Part shown: positions 9,993 to 18,403 of the stretch, one piece after another
How positions within the stretch are numbered: position 1 is the stretch's first letter
Layout of the letters: the number at the start of each line of letters is the position of its first letter
Assembly (NCBI GenBank): GCA_964462145.1
Contig: CAYWYB010000002.1
Coordinates: 1-47,979 of the forward strand
Source: an uncultured Rhodospirillaceae bacterium
GTDB lineage: Bacteria; Pseudomonadota; Alphaproteobacteria; GCA-2731375
Direction: 5' to 3'
DNA: 47,979 bases
Notes under the pieces: model-generated
The model's database searches: none
Told to the model about the DNA's origin: nothing
Seen by the model: the letters and a program-made list of their open reading frames with translations, nothing else
Made by a program: the position numbers and the translations under genes

Positions 9993-11024
9993 ATGCCAGG
10001 CGACGCAAATTTGCTTGCGACCATTCTCACCGATTTATGCGCGGCTATGGGGGCGGAACTTACCCTTGAGGCGGATTATGGCCGCGCCGGGTTCGTGACC
10101 TTCAAGAATGGCCGGCGCTGCTTTTTCAAAAACGCCTGTTTTGACATCAACGGCATGGGCGCGGCACAGATAACCAAGGACAAGGATTACTGCGCCAAAT
10201 TCCTCGACAAAGCCGGCCTGAACACACCCGCCAGCCGGATTATTTTCTCACCCAAGGCAGTTGCGGAATTCGCACTGAAAAACCCGGCCCTAGGCAAGCA
10301 GTTGGCGGCCCAATCGGACACTGCGAATGCGGTCGCGGAATTTGGCTTTCCCCTTTTTGTCAAACCCAATGAAGGCGCCGAGGGCCAGGGTGTCCTGCTG
10401 GTCCACACCGACGATGAATTGCAAAGCCATCTGAATCACCTGTACCTGGTGCATGATCAGGTGCTGCTGCAAAAACCCGTTCCCGGCAAGGACTACCGCG
10501 TTATCGTATTGGATGGCGAAGTGATCGCGGCCTATCTGCGCCAGCCCCTTGCCGTCATGGGCAATGGCAGGGATACAATCGCGCAATTGCTCTTGAAACG
10601 GCGGGACGAAGTGGCTCTCATGGGGCGGCCATCAGCGATTACGCCCGATGATCCAAGACTGCGACAGCATCTCGGCAGTCAGGGCCTAGATATCGACAAC
10701 GTTATCGAGGACGGCGTATGCGTAAGCCTGCTGGCGAACGCGAATTTATCTTCAGGTGGTGATGTGGTTGATATGACCGATACGATTGCTGCCGGCTACA
10801 AAGATGTTTCCGTGCAGGCGGCCAACGCCGTTGGGTTGAGGTTCGCGGGCGTCGATATCATCTGTCCATCAATCGAACATTTCGATGCTGCCTACGCGGT
10901 GCTGGAATTAAATGCGGCGCCGGGCTTAAACAACTATGGCGCAACGGGAGAGCGGGAGAAGCAGACCGTCATCGGCCTTTATCGGAAACTTCTGCTGGCA
11001 ATGGAAATGGGAGAGCCGGCATGA
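9993..11024 (+). CDS. ATP-grasp ligase resembling the cyanophycin-synthetase G-domain or glutathione-synthetase (343 aa)
   Basis: It has KDKDYCAKFL...FPLFVKPNEGAEGQGV...YRVIVLDGEVIAAY...ANLSSGG...AGVDII...LELNAAPGL, the canonical ATP-grasp motif order. The only in-frame ATG after the TGase stop is at 9993. Confidence 0.75.
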   Translation: MPGDANLLATILTDLCAAMGAELTLEADYGRAGFVTFKNGRRCFFKNACFDINGMGAAQITKDKDYCAKFLDKAGLNTPASRIIFSPKAVAEFALKNPALGKQLAAQSDTANAVAEFGFPLFVKPNEGAEGQGVLLVHTDDELQSHLNHLYLVHDQVLLQKPVPGKDYRVIVLDGEVIAAYLRQPLAVMGNGRDTIAQLLLKRRDEVALMGRPSAITPDDPRLRQHLGSQGLDIDNVIEDGVCVSLLANANLSSGGDVVDMTDTIAAGYKDVSVQAANAVGLRFAGVDIICPSIEHFDAAYAVLELNAAPGLNNYGATGEREKQTVIGLYRKLLLAMEMGEPA

Positions 11025-11974
11025 AAAATTCCGCACGGCAGTTTGTCTCCATCATCAAATCATATTGCGAGAGGAACAGGATCGAAATCGTCTCGCTGTC
11101 CCATGACTGGATCTTCGTGTTGCGGGGGCCCGCCGGCAACAAGATTATTTTCGGCTATGATCTGGGCCTCAATTCATCCTCCGTTCAGTCAACCGCGCGG
11201 GACAAGGCCGCGACCTTCGATGTCCTGAGCGCCTTGGGTATTCGGGCGGTACCGCACAGAATGTTTCTTGCACCGCGCTTTCTGAAACATATTGAACAGA
11301 ATGGAAACTGGCAGCGCATCATCGACTGTCACGAAGAAAATAACCGTGCCAGCGTCGTCAAGCCCAACGAAGGCACCGGCGGACTGGATGTCTTTCTGGT
11401 CCACGGCGCCGATGAATTGGAAGGCGCCGTGCACGAGGTCCTGTCGCGGGAGCGCAGCGTGGCACTGTCGCCGTATCTGCCGATTGCGCGCGAAGTCCGG
11501 GCCTATATCGCCTTCGATGAAGTGCCGCTGTTATATGAAAAAGTCCGCCCCTTCGTCACCGGCGACGGCAACGCCCGGGTGGCGGAACTGGCATGGAAAA
11601 AATTCGGTGCCGATGCCTTGGGCGGTATTGTTCAGGACCGCCGGCCGGACGAGAGACGGGAACTGCTCGCGCGCGTACCGGCGGCGGGCGCCGATGTGCC
11701 TCTCGGCTGGAAGCATAACCTGGGCCAGGGCAGCAAACTCCGCGCCTTGAATGTCGCCGAGCACGAAAAAGAGGTGCAACTGGCCAAAGGCACTGCTGCC
11801 GCCATGGGACTGAATTTCGGCGCCGTCGATATTGTCGAAATTGACGGTCGGCTGCAGATCCTTGAGGTCAACAGCGGCGTCATGTTCGAGAACGCCATTC
11901 GCAGCGGCGACATTGAATACGAAGCGGTCTACGGCATATATGCCCGCGCCCTCGATAGGCTGCTGGCGGATTGA
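11021..11974 (+). CDS. Second, paralogous ATP-grasp ligase (317 aa)
   Basis: Same motif order as the first ligase (RDKAATFDVL...VVKPNEGTGGLDV...VRAYIAFDEV...HNLGQGS...GAVDIV...LEVNSGV). Its ATGA start/stop overlaps the preceding ATP-grasp gene. Confidence 0.75.
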   Translation: MKNSARQFVSIIKSYCERNRIEIVSLSHDWIFVLRGPAGNKIIFGYDLGLNSSSVQSTARDKAATFDVLSALGIRAVPHRMFLAPRFLKHIEQNGNWQRIIDCHEENNRASVVKPNEGTGGLDVFLVHGADELEGAVHEVLSRERSVALSPYLPIAREVRAYIAFDEVPLLYEKVRPFVTGDGNARVAELAWKKFGADALGGIVQDRRPDERRELLARVPAAGADVPLGWKHNLGQGSKLRALNVAEHEKEVQLAKGTAAAMGLNFGAVDIVEIDGRLQILEVNSGVMFENAIRSGDIEYEAVYGIYARALDRLLAD

Positions 11975-11981
11975 GGCGTGC

Positions 11982-12476
11982 TTAGGTATTCCGGTCAATA
12001 AAGACCTGAAAAACCGCCACCATATCGTCCGCCATCATCTGCACCGCGGGCATGCTGCGCTGCTCGACCGGCAGGCCGACCTGTTCGCGCAATTCCTGAT
12101 TAGACATGCTGCGAGCCCATTTCGGATCGTGCTCCGTCAGGCGTCCAAAGAAATCCGCGCTGTCGCTGGCCGCACCGGCATAAAACATGCGCGCGATGCC
12201 GACCTGATACATGGTCGCCACGCACATGGAACAGGGCTCGCCGGAGGTATAAAGATCGGCACCCTTAAGAGAGATGACACCGAGCCGGCGGCAGGCATCG
12301 CGGATCGCCTCAACCTCACCATGGGAGGTCGGATCGTGCTCCGCGGTCGCCCGGTTCAGCCCTTCGCCGACGATCTTGCCATCCATGACGATAACGGCGC
12401 CATATGGCAGGGTGCCGGGGGCATCGACGCTTTCAGCGGCAATCTCAATAGCGCGGGCCATGAATTTCTCATGCAT
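11982..12476 (-). CDS. Zinc-dependent nucleoside/guanine deaminase (CDA fold)
   Basis: HGEVEAI and PCSMC zinc-binding motifs. A GGAGG Shine-Dalgarno sequence lies 7 nt upstream of the ATG at 12476. Confidence 0.85.
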   Translation of the reverse strand: MHEKFMARAIEIAAESVDAPGTLPYGAVIVMDGKIVGEGLNRATAEHDPTSHGEVEAIRDACRRLGVISLKGADLYTSGEPCSMCVATMYQVGIARMFYAGAASDSADFFGRLTEHDPKWARSMSNQELREQVGLPVEQRSMPAVQMMADDMVAVFQVFIDRNT

Positions 12477-12536
12477 GGGTGGTCCTCCAACCTGGTTTAG
12501 CCGGCGCGCCATCAGACCGGCGGGGTCACAATGATG

Positions 12537-12971
12537 TCACGCCTCGCCAAATCGTTCCTTGATGCGCCGTTGCAAATCATCACGGACCTTGCGAAATGCG
12601 TCAAGTACGACCTCGCGGCTGCCATCAATGCCGGTGGGGTCCAGGCTGGGCCAGTATTCCAGATCGACGGCCATGGTCCGGGTCAATTCCACCGCCTTGT
12701 GCTGGGCCTCCGGTGTCAGGCTGACCACCAGATCAAACGAGGTATCTTCCAGATCATCGAAGGTCTTGGCGTCGTGATAGGAAATATCAATATCGATCTC
12801 CGCCATGGCCGCGATGGCGAAACCATCGACACTGCCCTGACGCACGCCGACGGAATCGAAATAGATCGTCTCACCAAACAGCTTCTTGGCCAGGCCCTCG
12901 GCCATGGGCGAACGTACAGAATTGAAGTTACAGGCAAACAGCACGCTGGTGGGGCGGCGGACCGTTTCCAT
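12537..12971 (-). CDS. Low-molecular-weight protein-tyrosine phosphatase / ArsC-like family protein
   Basis: N-terminal P-loop VLFACNFNSVRS (C-X5-R-S). Confidence 0.85.
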   Translation of the reverse strand: METVRRPTSVLFACNFNSVRSPMAEGLAKKLFGETIYFDSVGVRQGSVDGFAIAAMAEIDIDISYHDAKTFDDLEDTSFDLVVSLTPEAQHKAVELTRTMAVDLEYWPSLDPTGIDGSREVVLDAFRKVRDDLQRRIKERFGEA

Positions 12972-12973
12972 GG

Positions 12974-13447
12974 CTAACTCCTGATCTGCAGAATACAGAG
13001 CAGGGTAAAGAGGCGCCGGGCGGTTTCATTATCGACCTCGATCTTGCCCTCGAGCCGTTCGCGCAGCAGATCCGAGCCGTCGTTGTGCAGGCCGCGCCGG
13101 CCCATGTCGATGGCTTCGATCTTCGAGGGAGAGGCCGATTTAATAGCCTGAAAATAGCTTTCACAAACCGTGAAATAGTCTTTGATTATGCGGCGAAACG
13201 GCGTCAGGGGCAGCAGCACACGGGTCAGCGGCAGATCGTTTTCGTCATGAATATCCAGCGCCAGGCGGTTTTCCTCCATGCCCATCAGCACATGGTAGGG
13301 GCCCTGGAAATCGCCAATAGGGCGGAAGCTGTTACCTTCCAGTAAATCGAAAATCGCCACCCTGCGTTCATGCTCAATATCGGCGGAGCGGCGAATAACC
13401 GTGCGCTCATCCAGGTTGATCCGGGCGATACGCTGGGACTCGGACAT
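12974..13447 (-). CDS. UPF0262 family protein
   Basis: Its size, sequence character and position immediately downstream of hisD match the conserved alphaproteobacterial UPF0262 gene. The assignment is from memory of the family. Confidence 0.65.
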   Translation of the reverse strand: MSESQRIARINLDERTVIRRSADIEHERRVAIFDLLEGNSFRPIGDFQGPYHVLMGMEENRLALDIHDENDLPLTRVLLPLTPFRRIIKDYFTVCESYFQAIKSASPSKIEAIDMGRRGLHNDGSDLLRERLEGKIEVDNETARRLFTLLCILQIRS

Positions 13448-13456
13448 GGCCCAAAC

Positions 13457-14779
13457 CTAGTCCGGTCGGCGGTTGGATTGCAGGCGCACGGCGATGGCGC
13501 GGGCATGGGCGGACAGGCCCTCGGCCTCGGCCAGGATCATTGCGTCAGGGCCCAAATGGGCCAGGCCATCGCCATCGCAACGGATGATCGAGCTGCGCTT
13601 CATGAAATCAAGTACCGACAGGCCGGAGCTGAAACGCGCGCCCCGCGCCGTGGGCAGGACATGGTTCGGCCCGGCGATATAGTCGCCAATGGGCTCGGGC
13701 GTATGGGCGCCAAGGAAGATCGAGCCCGCATTGCGTATCCGTGCCAGCATGCCTTCGGCATCGGCCAGCGCGATGGCCAGATGTTCCGGCGCGATGCGGT
13801 CCACCAGTTCCACCGCCTCATGCCAATCCTGTACGACGATAACGCTGCCGTAGCGGTCCCAGCTGGCGCGCGCGATCTCGGCCCGCGGCAATCTCGTCAA
13901 ATGATCGGCCACCGCGTCCACGACCTGGCCGGCGAAGGCCTCGTCATCGGTGATCAGGATTGATTGCGCGGCGGCGTCATGTTCGGCCTGGGAGAGCAGA
14001 TCGGCGGCGATCCAGGATGGATTATTGTCCTTGTCCGCCAGCACCAGAATTTCCGAGGGGCCCGCAATCATTTCAATACCGACGGTTCCAAAGACCTGCC
14101 GCTTGGCCGCCGCCACATAGGCATTGCCCGGACCGACAATCTTGTCCACCGGCGCGATGGAGGCCGTGCCATAGGCCAGAGCGGCGATGGCCTGGGCCCC
14201 GCCCATGCGATAGATCTCGTCCACACCCGCGATCCGCGCCGCCGCCAGCACCAGGGGATTGAGCTGCCCATCGGGGCTGGGCACGGCCATGGCCAGACGC
14301 GGCACGCCCGCGACCTTGGCCGGCACCGCATTCATCAATACCGACGACGGATAGGCCGCCAAACCGCCGGGCACATACAGCCCCACCGCCGCGATGGCGG
14401 TCCAACGGTGCCCCAGTTCAATGCCATGATCATCCTGGTAGCGGTCATCCTGGGGCAATTGCCGGCCATGATAGGCCGCGATGCGGTCATGGGCATGGCG
14501 CAGGGCCTGGAACTGTTCTTCCGGCACGTCTTCAAGGGCCTGGTCCATTTCAGCCACGGTCAGGCGGATCTCCGCCGCGCTGTAATCCACCCGGTCGAAT
14601 TTCCGGGTGTATTCCAAAACCGCGTCATCGCCCCGGCTTTGCACCTGGGCCAGGATGTCGCTCACCACCTGGGTGACATCCACGGCGGTCTCGCGCTTGT
14701 CTGCCAGAAAAGCGGCGAAACGCACCTGAAAGTCCGGCTCCCGGCTGTTCAATTTGACGCCGTTCCATTTATGAGGCAT
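13457..14779 (-). CDS. hisD: Histidinol dehydrogenase
   Basis: The 440 aa protein carries HisD signatures ([32 protein letters not shown]). Confidence 0.95.
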   Translation of the reverse strand: MPHKWNGVKLNSREPDFQVRFAAFLADKRETAVDVTQVVSDILAQVQSRGDDAVLEYTRKFDRVDYSAAEIRLTVAEMDQALEDVPEEQFQALRHAHDRIAAYHGRQLPQDDRYQDDHGIELGHRWTAIAAVGLYVPGGLAAYPSSVLMNAVPAKVAGVPRLAMAVPSPDGQLNPLVLAAARIAGVDEIYRMGGAQAIAALAYGTASIAPVDKIVGPGNAYVAAAKRQVFGTVGIEMIAGPSEILVLADKDNNPSWIAADLLSQAEHDAAAQSILITDDEAFAGQVVDAVADHLTRLPRAEIARASWDRYGSVIVVQDWHEAVELVDRIAPEHLAIALADAEGMLARIRNAGSIFLGAHTPEPIGDYIAGPNHVLPTARGARFSSGLSVLDFMKRSSIIRCDGDGLAHLGPDAMILAEAEGLSAHARAIAVRLQSNRRPD

Positions 14780-15431
14780 CGAGGGCCTCTTGAAAGCGCT
14801 CGATCCAGCCAGTCAGATGTTCGGGCCTGGTCTTGGCCGCGGCCCGGTTGATAATCAGGCGCGAGGTCACATCGGCGATGCGCTCGACCTCGACCAAACC
14901 ATTGGCGCGCAGGGTCTCGCCGCTGCTGACAAGATCAACGATACGGCGACACAGCCCCAGGCTGGGCGCCAGTTCCATGGCACCGTTCAGGTGAATACAT
15001 TCAGCCTGCACGCCGCGGGCGGCAAAATGGCGCCGGGTGATGCCGGGATATTTGGTGGCCACGCGAATATGGCTCCAACGGCCGGGGTCGTCCTCGGCCA
15101 GCATTTCCGCCGGCTCCGCCACCGCCATGTAGCAGCCGCCAATGCCCAGATCCAATGGCGCATAGATTTCCGGATACTGGAACTCCATCAGGACGTCATT
15201 ACCGGCGATACCGATCTGTGCCGCGCCAAAGGCCACGAAAGTGGCCACGTCAAAGCTGCGCACGCGGACGATTTCCAGATCCGGGATGTTGGTCTTGAAG
15301 CGCAACAACCGCGAGGACGGATCGTCAAAGGCCGCTTCCGGCTCGATCCCGGCGCCACGCAACAGGGGCATGGCTTCCTTCAAAATACGCCCCTTGGGCA
15401 GGGCAATGACCAGTTTCTGCGACATTTCCAA
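14769..15431 (-). CDS. hisG: ATP phosphoribosyltransferase, short form
   Basis: It has [11 protein letters not shown]...[14 protein letters not shown] motifs and overlaps the hisD start by 11 nt. Confidence 0.9.
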   Translation of the reverse strand: MEMSQKLVIALPKGRILKEAMPLLRGAGIEPEAAFDDPSSRLLRFKTNIPDLEIVRVRSFDVATFVAFGAAQIGIAGNDVLMEFQYPEIYAPLDLGIGGCYMAVAEPAEMLAEDDPGRWSHIRVATKYPGITRRHFAARGVQAECIHLNGAMELAPSLGLCRRIVDLVSSGETLRANGLVEVERIADVTSRLIINRAAAKTRPEHLTGWIERFQEALDAS

Positions 15432-15457
15432 ATTTCCCGTGGGCCTGGGCCCTATTG

Positions 15458-15537
15458 CTCAAGCTGCCGATAGCTCAGGCCACCTAAAGTTCAAGCCACC
15501 TATAACTCAAGCCACCTATAGCTCAAGATTGTGGTCG
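15458..15537. repeat. Tandem array of about 5 units of a 16-nt repeat (CTCAAGCCACCTATAG on the + strand)
   Basis: Units begin at 15458, 15474, 15490, 15506 and 15522. The central three are nearly identical. The array spans the stop codon of the DUF2948 gene and fills most of the gap to hisG. Confidence 0.7.
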
Positions 15538-15959
15538 GGTCGGCTCGGCGTTGGCCAACCCTGGTCGATATCACTCATGCGGCAGCTGACGGCCTCGGCC
15601 TCCAGGCGTAGCGTGCCGCCGCCGGCGAATTCCAACTGTATGTCGACGCCGTAATCCGCGTCCTCGCATGTAATTGCCAACAATGGCAAGAGGCCAGTCT
15701 GGTCGGCCATGTCGATACCTTGCGCCTGCACCCGCAGCACATCGTCAAAATGTATGCCGCAGCGCACCCGCACGCCGCCTTCGCTGCCCATTTCGTCAAC
15801 CAACTCCCAGCGGAAGCGGGTCAGAACCAGCGCGAAGCGGCGCAGGCGCTTGTTATAAGACATATCGCCAATACGGGCGATGGCATCCTGCAAACAGCTG
15901 GAGATCACCGCCAGATCGTCCGCTTCCTCGGCCCGCAGTCGCAAAAGTGAATTGATCAT
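15516..15959 (-). CDS. DUF2948 family protein
   Basis: A 147 aa acidic protein between murA and hisG, which is the position and size I associate with alphaproteobacterial DUF2948. Confidence 0.6.
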   Translation of the reverse strand: MINSLLRLRAEEADDLAVISSCLQDAIARIGDMSYNKRLRRFALVLTRFRWELVDEMGSEGGVRVRCGIHFDDVLRVQAQGIDMADQTGLLPLLAITCEDADYGVDIQLEFAGGGTLRLEAEAVSCRMSDIDQGWPTPSRPDHNLEL

Positions 15960-15978
15960 AGCCTTTGCCCAACGGCCC

Positions 15979-17277
15979 CTATTCAGTCAGCCGCACGATA
16001 TCGGCGCCACAGGCGGAAAGTTTTTCCTCCAGGCGCTCATATCCGCGGTCCAGGTGATAGACCCGATTAACCATGGTTTCCCCTTCCGAGGCCAAGCCCG
16101 CCAGGACCAGCGAAACCGAGGCACGCAGGTCGGTCGCCATCACTGGCGCCCCATGCAGGCCGCTGCCGCCAGGGCCGCCACTACCGCGCACCATGGCGGT
16201 CGCGCCCTTTACGGCGATATCCGCCCCCATGCGCATCAGCTCGGGCACATGCTGGAAACGGTTTTCGAAAATCGTCTCGGTGATCATCGCCGCGCCGTCG
16301 GCCACCGCCATCAAGGCCATCATCTGGGCCTGCAAATCGGTCGGAAAACCGGGATAAGGCGCCGTGGTGACATTGATGCCGATAACCCCATCATTGCCGC
16401 CGATCCGGATACCGCATTCCGTTCGTTGCACGCCCACATTCGCTTCGCTCAACGAGGCCAGCACGGCCTCCATGGTCTCCGGCTGCGCGCCAATCAATTC
16501 AACCTCGCCGCCGGTAACGGCAGCGGCGATGGCATAGGTCGCCGCCTCGATCCGATCAGGCAAGACGGCATAATCGGCACCACCCAGCCGATCCACGCCC
16601 TGGATCCGCAAGGTGTCGCTGCCGATGCCTTCGATGCGGGCGCCCATGCGGTTCAAACAGTTGGCCAGATCGCCGACTTCCGGCTCGCGGGCGGCATTTT
16701 CCAGCACCACTTCGCCCTTGGCCAGGCTGGCCGCCATCAACAGGTTTTCCGTCGCCCCGACGGAGACGCGGGGAAACACCACCACACCGCCCTGCAATCC
16801 GTTGGGCACCTTGGCAATAATGTAGCCGTCATCCAGTTCGATTTCCGCGCCCAGGGTTTCCAGACCGCGAATGTGCATATCCACGGGCCGGGTGCCGATG
16901 GCGCAGCCCCCCGGCAGCGAGACACGGGCCTGGCCGCAGCGGGCCAGCAAGGGGCCCAGCACCAGGACGGAAGCGCGCATTTTCCTGACGATGTCATAAG
17001 GCGCCTCGGTCGATGAAATGTCGCCGGCCCGCAGTTTCAGGACATGGCCCATATGGCCGCCGCCAGGATGCTCGCCCGCCATGGAGACCTCCGCGCCATG
17101 CTGGGCCAGCAGATGGGTCATGGTGGCGATATCCGCCAAATGCGGCAGATTGCGCAAAACCAGGGTTTCATCGCTCAACAGACTGGCCGCCAAAAGAGGC
17201 AAAGCGGCGTTCTTGGCGCCGCTTATGGGGATCTTGCCCTGCAGGGGCCGGCCTCCACGTATGCGTATCTTATCCAT
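15979..17277 (-). CDS. murA: UDP-N-acetylglucosamine 1-carboxyvinyltransferase
   Basis: A 432 aa protein beginning [11 protein letters not shown]...[10 protein letters not shown], with the active-site LPGGCAIG loop. Confidence 0.95.
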   Translation of the reverse strand: MDKIRIRGGRPLQGKIPISGAKNAALPLLAASLLSDETLVLRNLPHLADIATMTHLLAQHGAEVSMAGEHPGGGHMGHVLKLRAGDISSTEAPYDIVRKMRASVLVLGPLLARCGQARVSLPGGCAIGTRPVDMHIRGLETLGAEIELDDGYIIAKVPNGLQGGVVVFPRVSVGATENLLMAASLAKGEVVLENAAREPEVGDLANCLNRMGARIEGIGSDTLRIQGVDRLGGADYAVLPDRIEAATYAIAAAVTGGEVELIGAQPETMEAVLASLSEANVGVQRTECGIRIGGNDGVIGINVTTAPYPGFPTDLQAQMMALMAVADGAAMITETIFENRFQHVPELMRMGADIAVKGATAMVRGSGGPGGSGLHGAPVMATDLRASVSLVLAGLASEGETMVNRVYHLDRGYERLEEKLSACGADIVRLTE

Positions 17278-17457
17278 TCAATTCCCAGCAGTTCTGACAG
17301 TGGCCGCCTTGGCCGCGCCAGAATTCGCTCTAACATCAATAGTTGGCGGGGTTTTTATCCTATTGCACCGCGCCTGCAAACCGCCAGATTCCTAAAATCT
17401 TCATTCGTTTTGCCCAACAGGCATGCGGATTGTGGCACCAAGATGACAAATAGGGAA

Positions 17458-17649
17458 TTATTCCCCTTTGCCAGGCGTAGAGGTGCCGGCCGGACCGGAT
17501 GCGGCGGGATCCATGACGTCCCCGCCCACCGGCTTTTGTTTCTTGCGCCGGCGCAGGTTGTCACGCAATGCCTGGGCCAGGCGCAATTTCCGCTGCTCGG
17601 CCGCCTGATTTGAGTTATTGCCCGATTGTTGTGACTTTTTTTCCTTCAT
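17458..17649 (-). CDS. Small basic hypothetical protein (63 aa)
   Basis: It runs from the ATG at 17649: MKEKK...AEQRKLRLAQALRDNLRRRKKQK. The low-complexity, Arg/Lys-rich core resembles small conserved alphaproteobacterial ORFs. This is weak evidence. Confidence 0.35.
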   Translation of the reverse strand: MKEKKSQQSGNNSNQAAEQRKLRLAQALRDNLRRRKKQKPVGGDVMDPAASGPAGTSTPGKGE

Positions 17650-17752
17650 GCACTGATCGGTGCCATATCTCGCTTGCCCTGACAAGGGCACTTGTGGCAG
17701 TTTGCCGGACCGTCGCACAGCGGCGAGCCGCAATAGATGAATGCGGCACCCC

Positions 17753-17827
<75 letters not shown>

Positions 17828-18403
17828 TATTTTCCAATGACTTAGAAGCTTTTACATCCCGTCACATTAGCCAGGACACACAATTTAGCCGAAAATGGCT
17901 AAGAGACGGTTCACTGGAGTGTCATGGGCTCCTTCTGCGCTCCAGACAAGACTTGCCCGACAATGAGCGGCCAACAGCACAAGGGCGTCGGTGTGTCCTG
18001 AGAACGGCACCCGCCCCCACCGCTACTCATGCATTTCTGCCGGGCGCAGCGAAGCACCGATGAAGAACTGCCACGGTGGCATCATCCTGTAACACTTACC
18101 TACGGGAGCGGCGTCTAATTTGCCATCGTGCGCTCCAAATGTCTCGTTTGACTCTAAACCGCATACACATTGTGTCTCGGAATATTGAAAATAACCCTAT
18201 GAAGACATTATTTCTGTCTCGTCTGGCTGACTTGTCGAGGTATAGCTATTCGAGACAATGTCCTGGGAGCCATGTCTGCAATGCATCCGGCAGCGGGCGT
18301 TATAATAGCGAACGCTGACCGTCTCTTCGTGACCCAGAGCTGACGTGGCGGCAGAGATCATTTTGCCATTAATGCCTACGATTGCATGTGCCTTGGAACT
18401 GCT

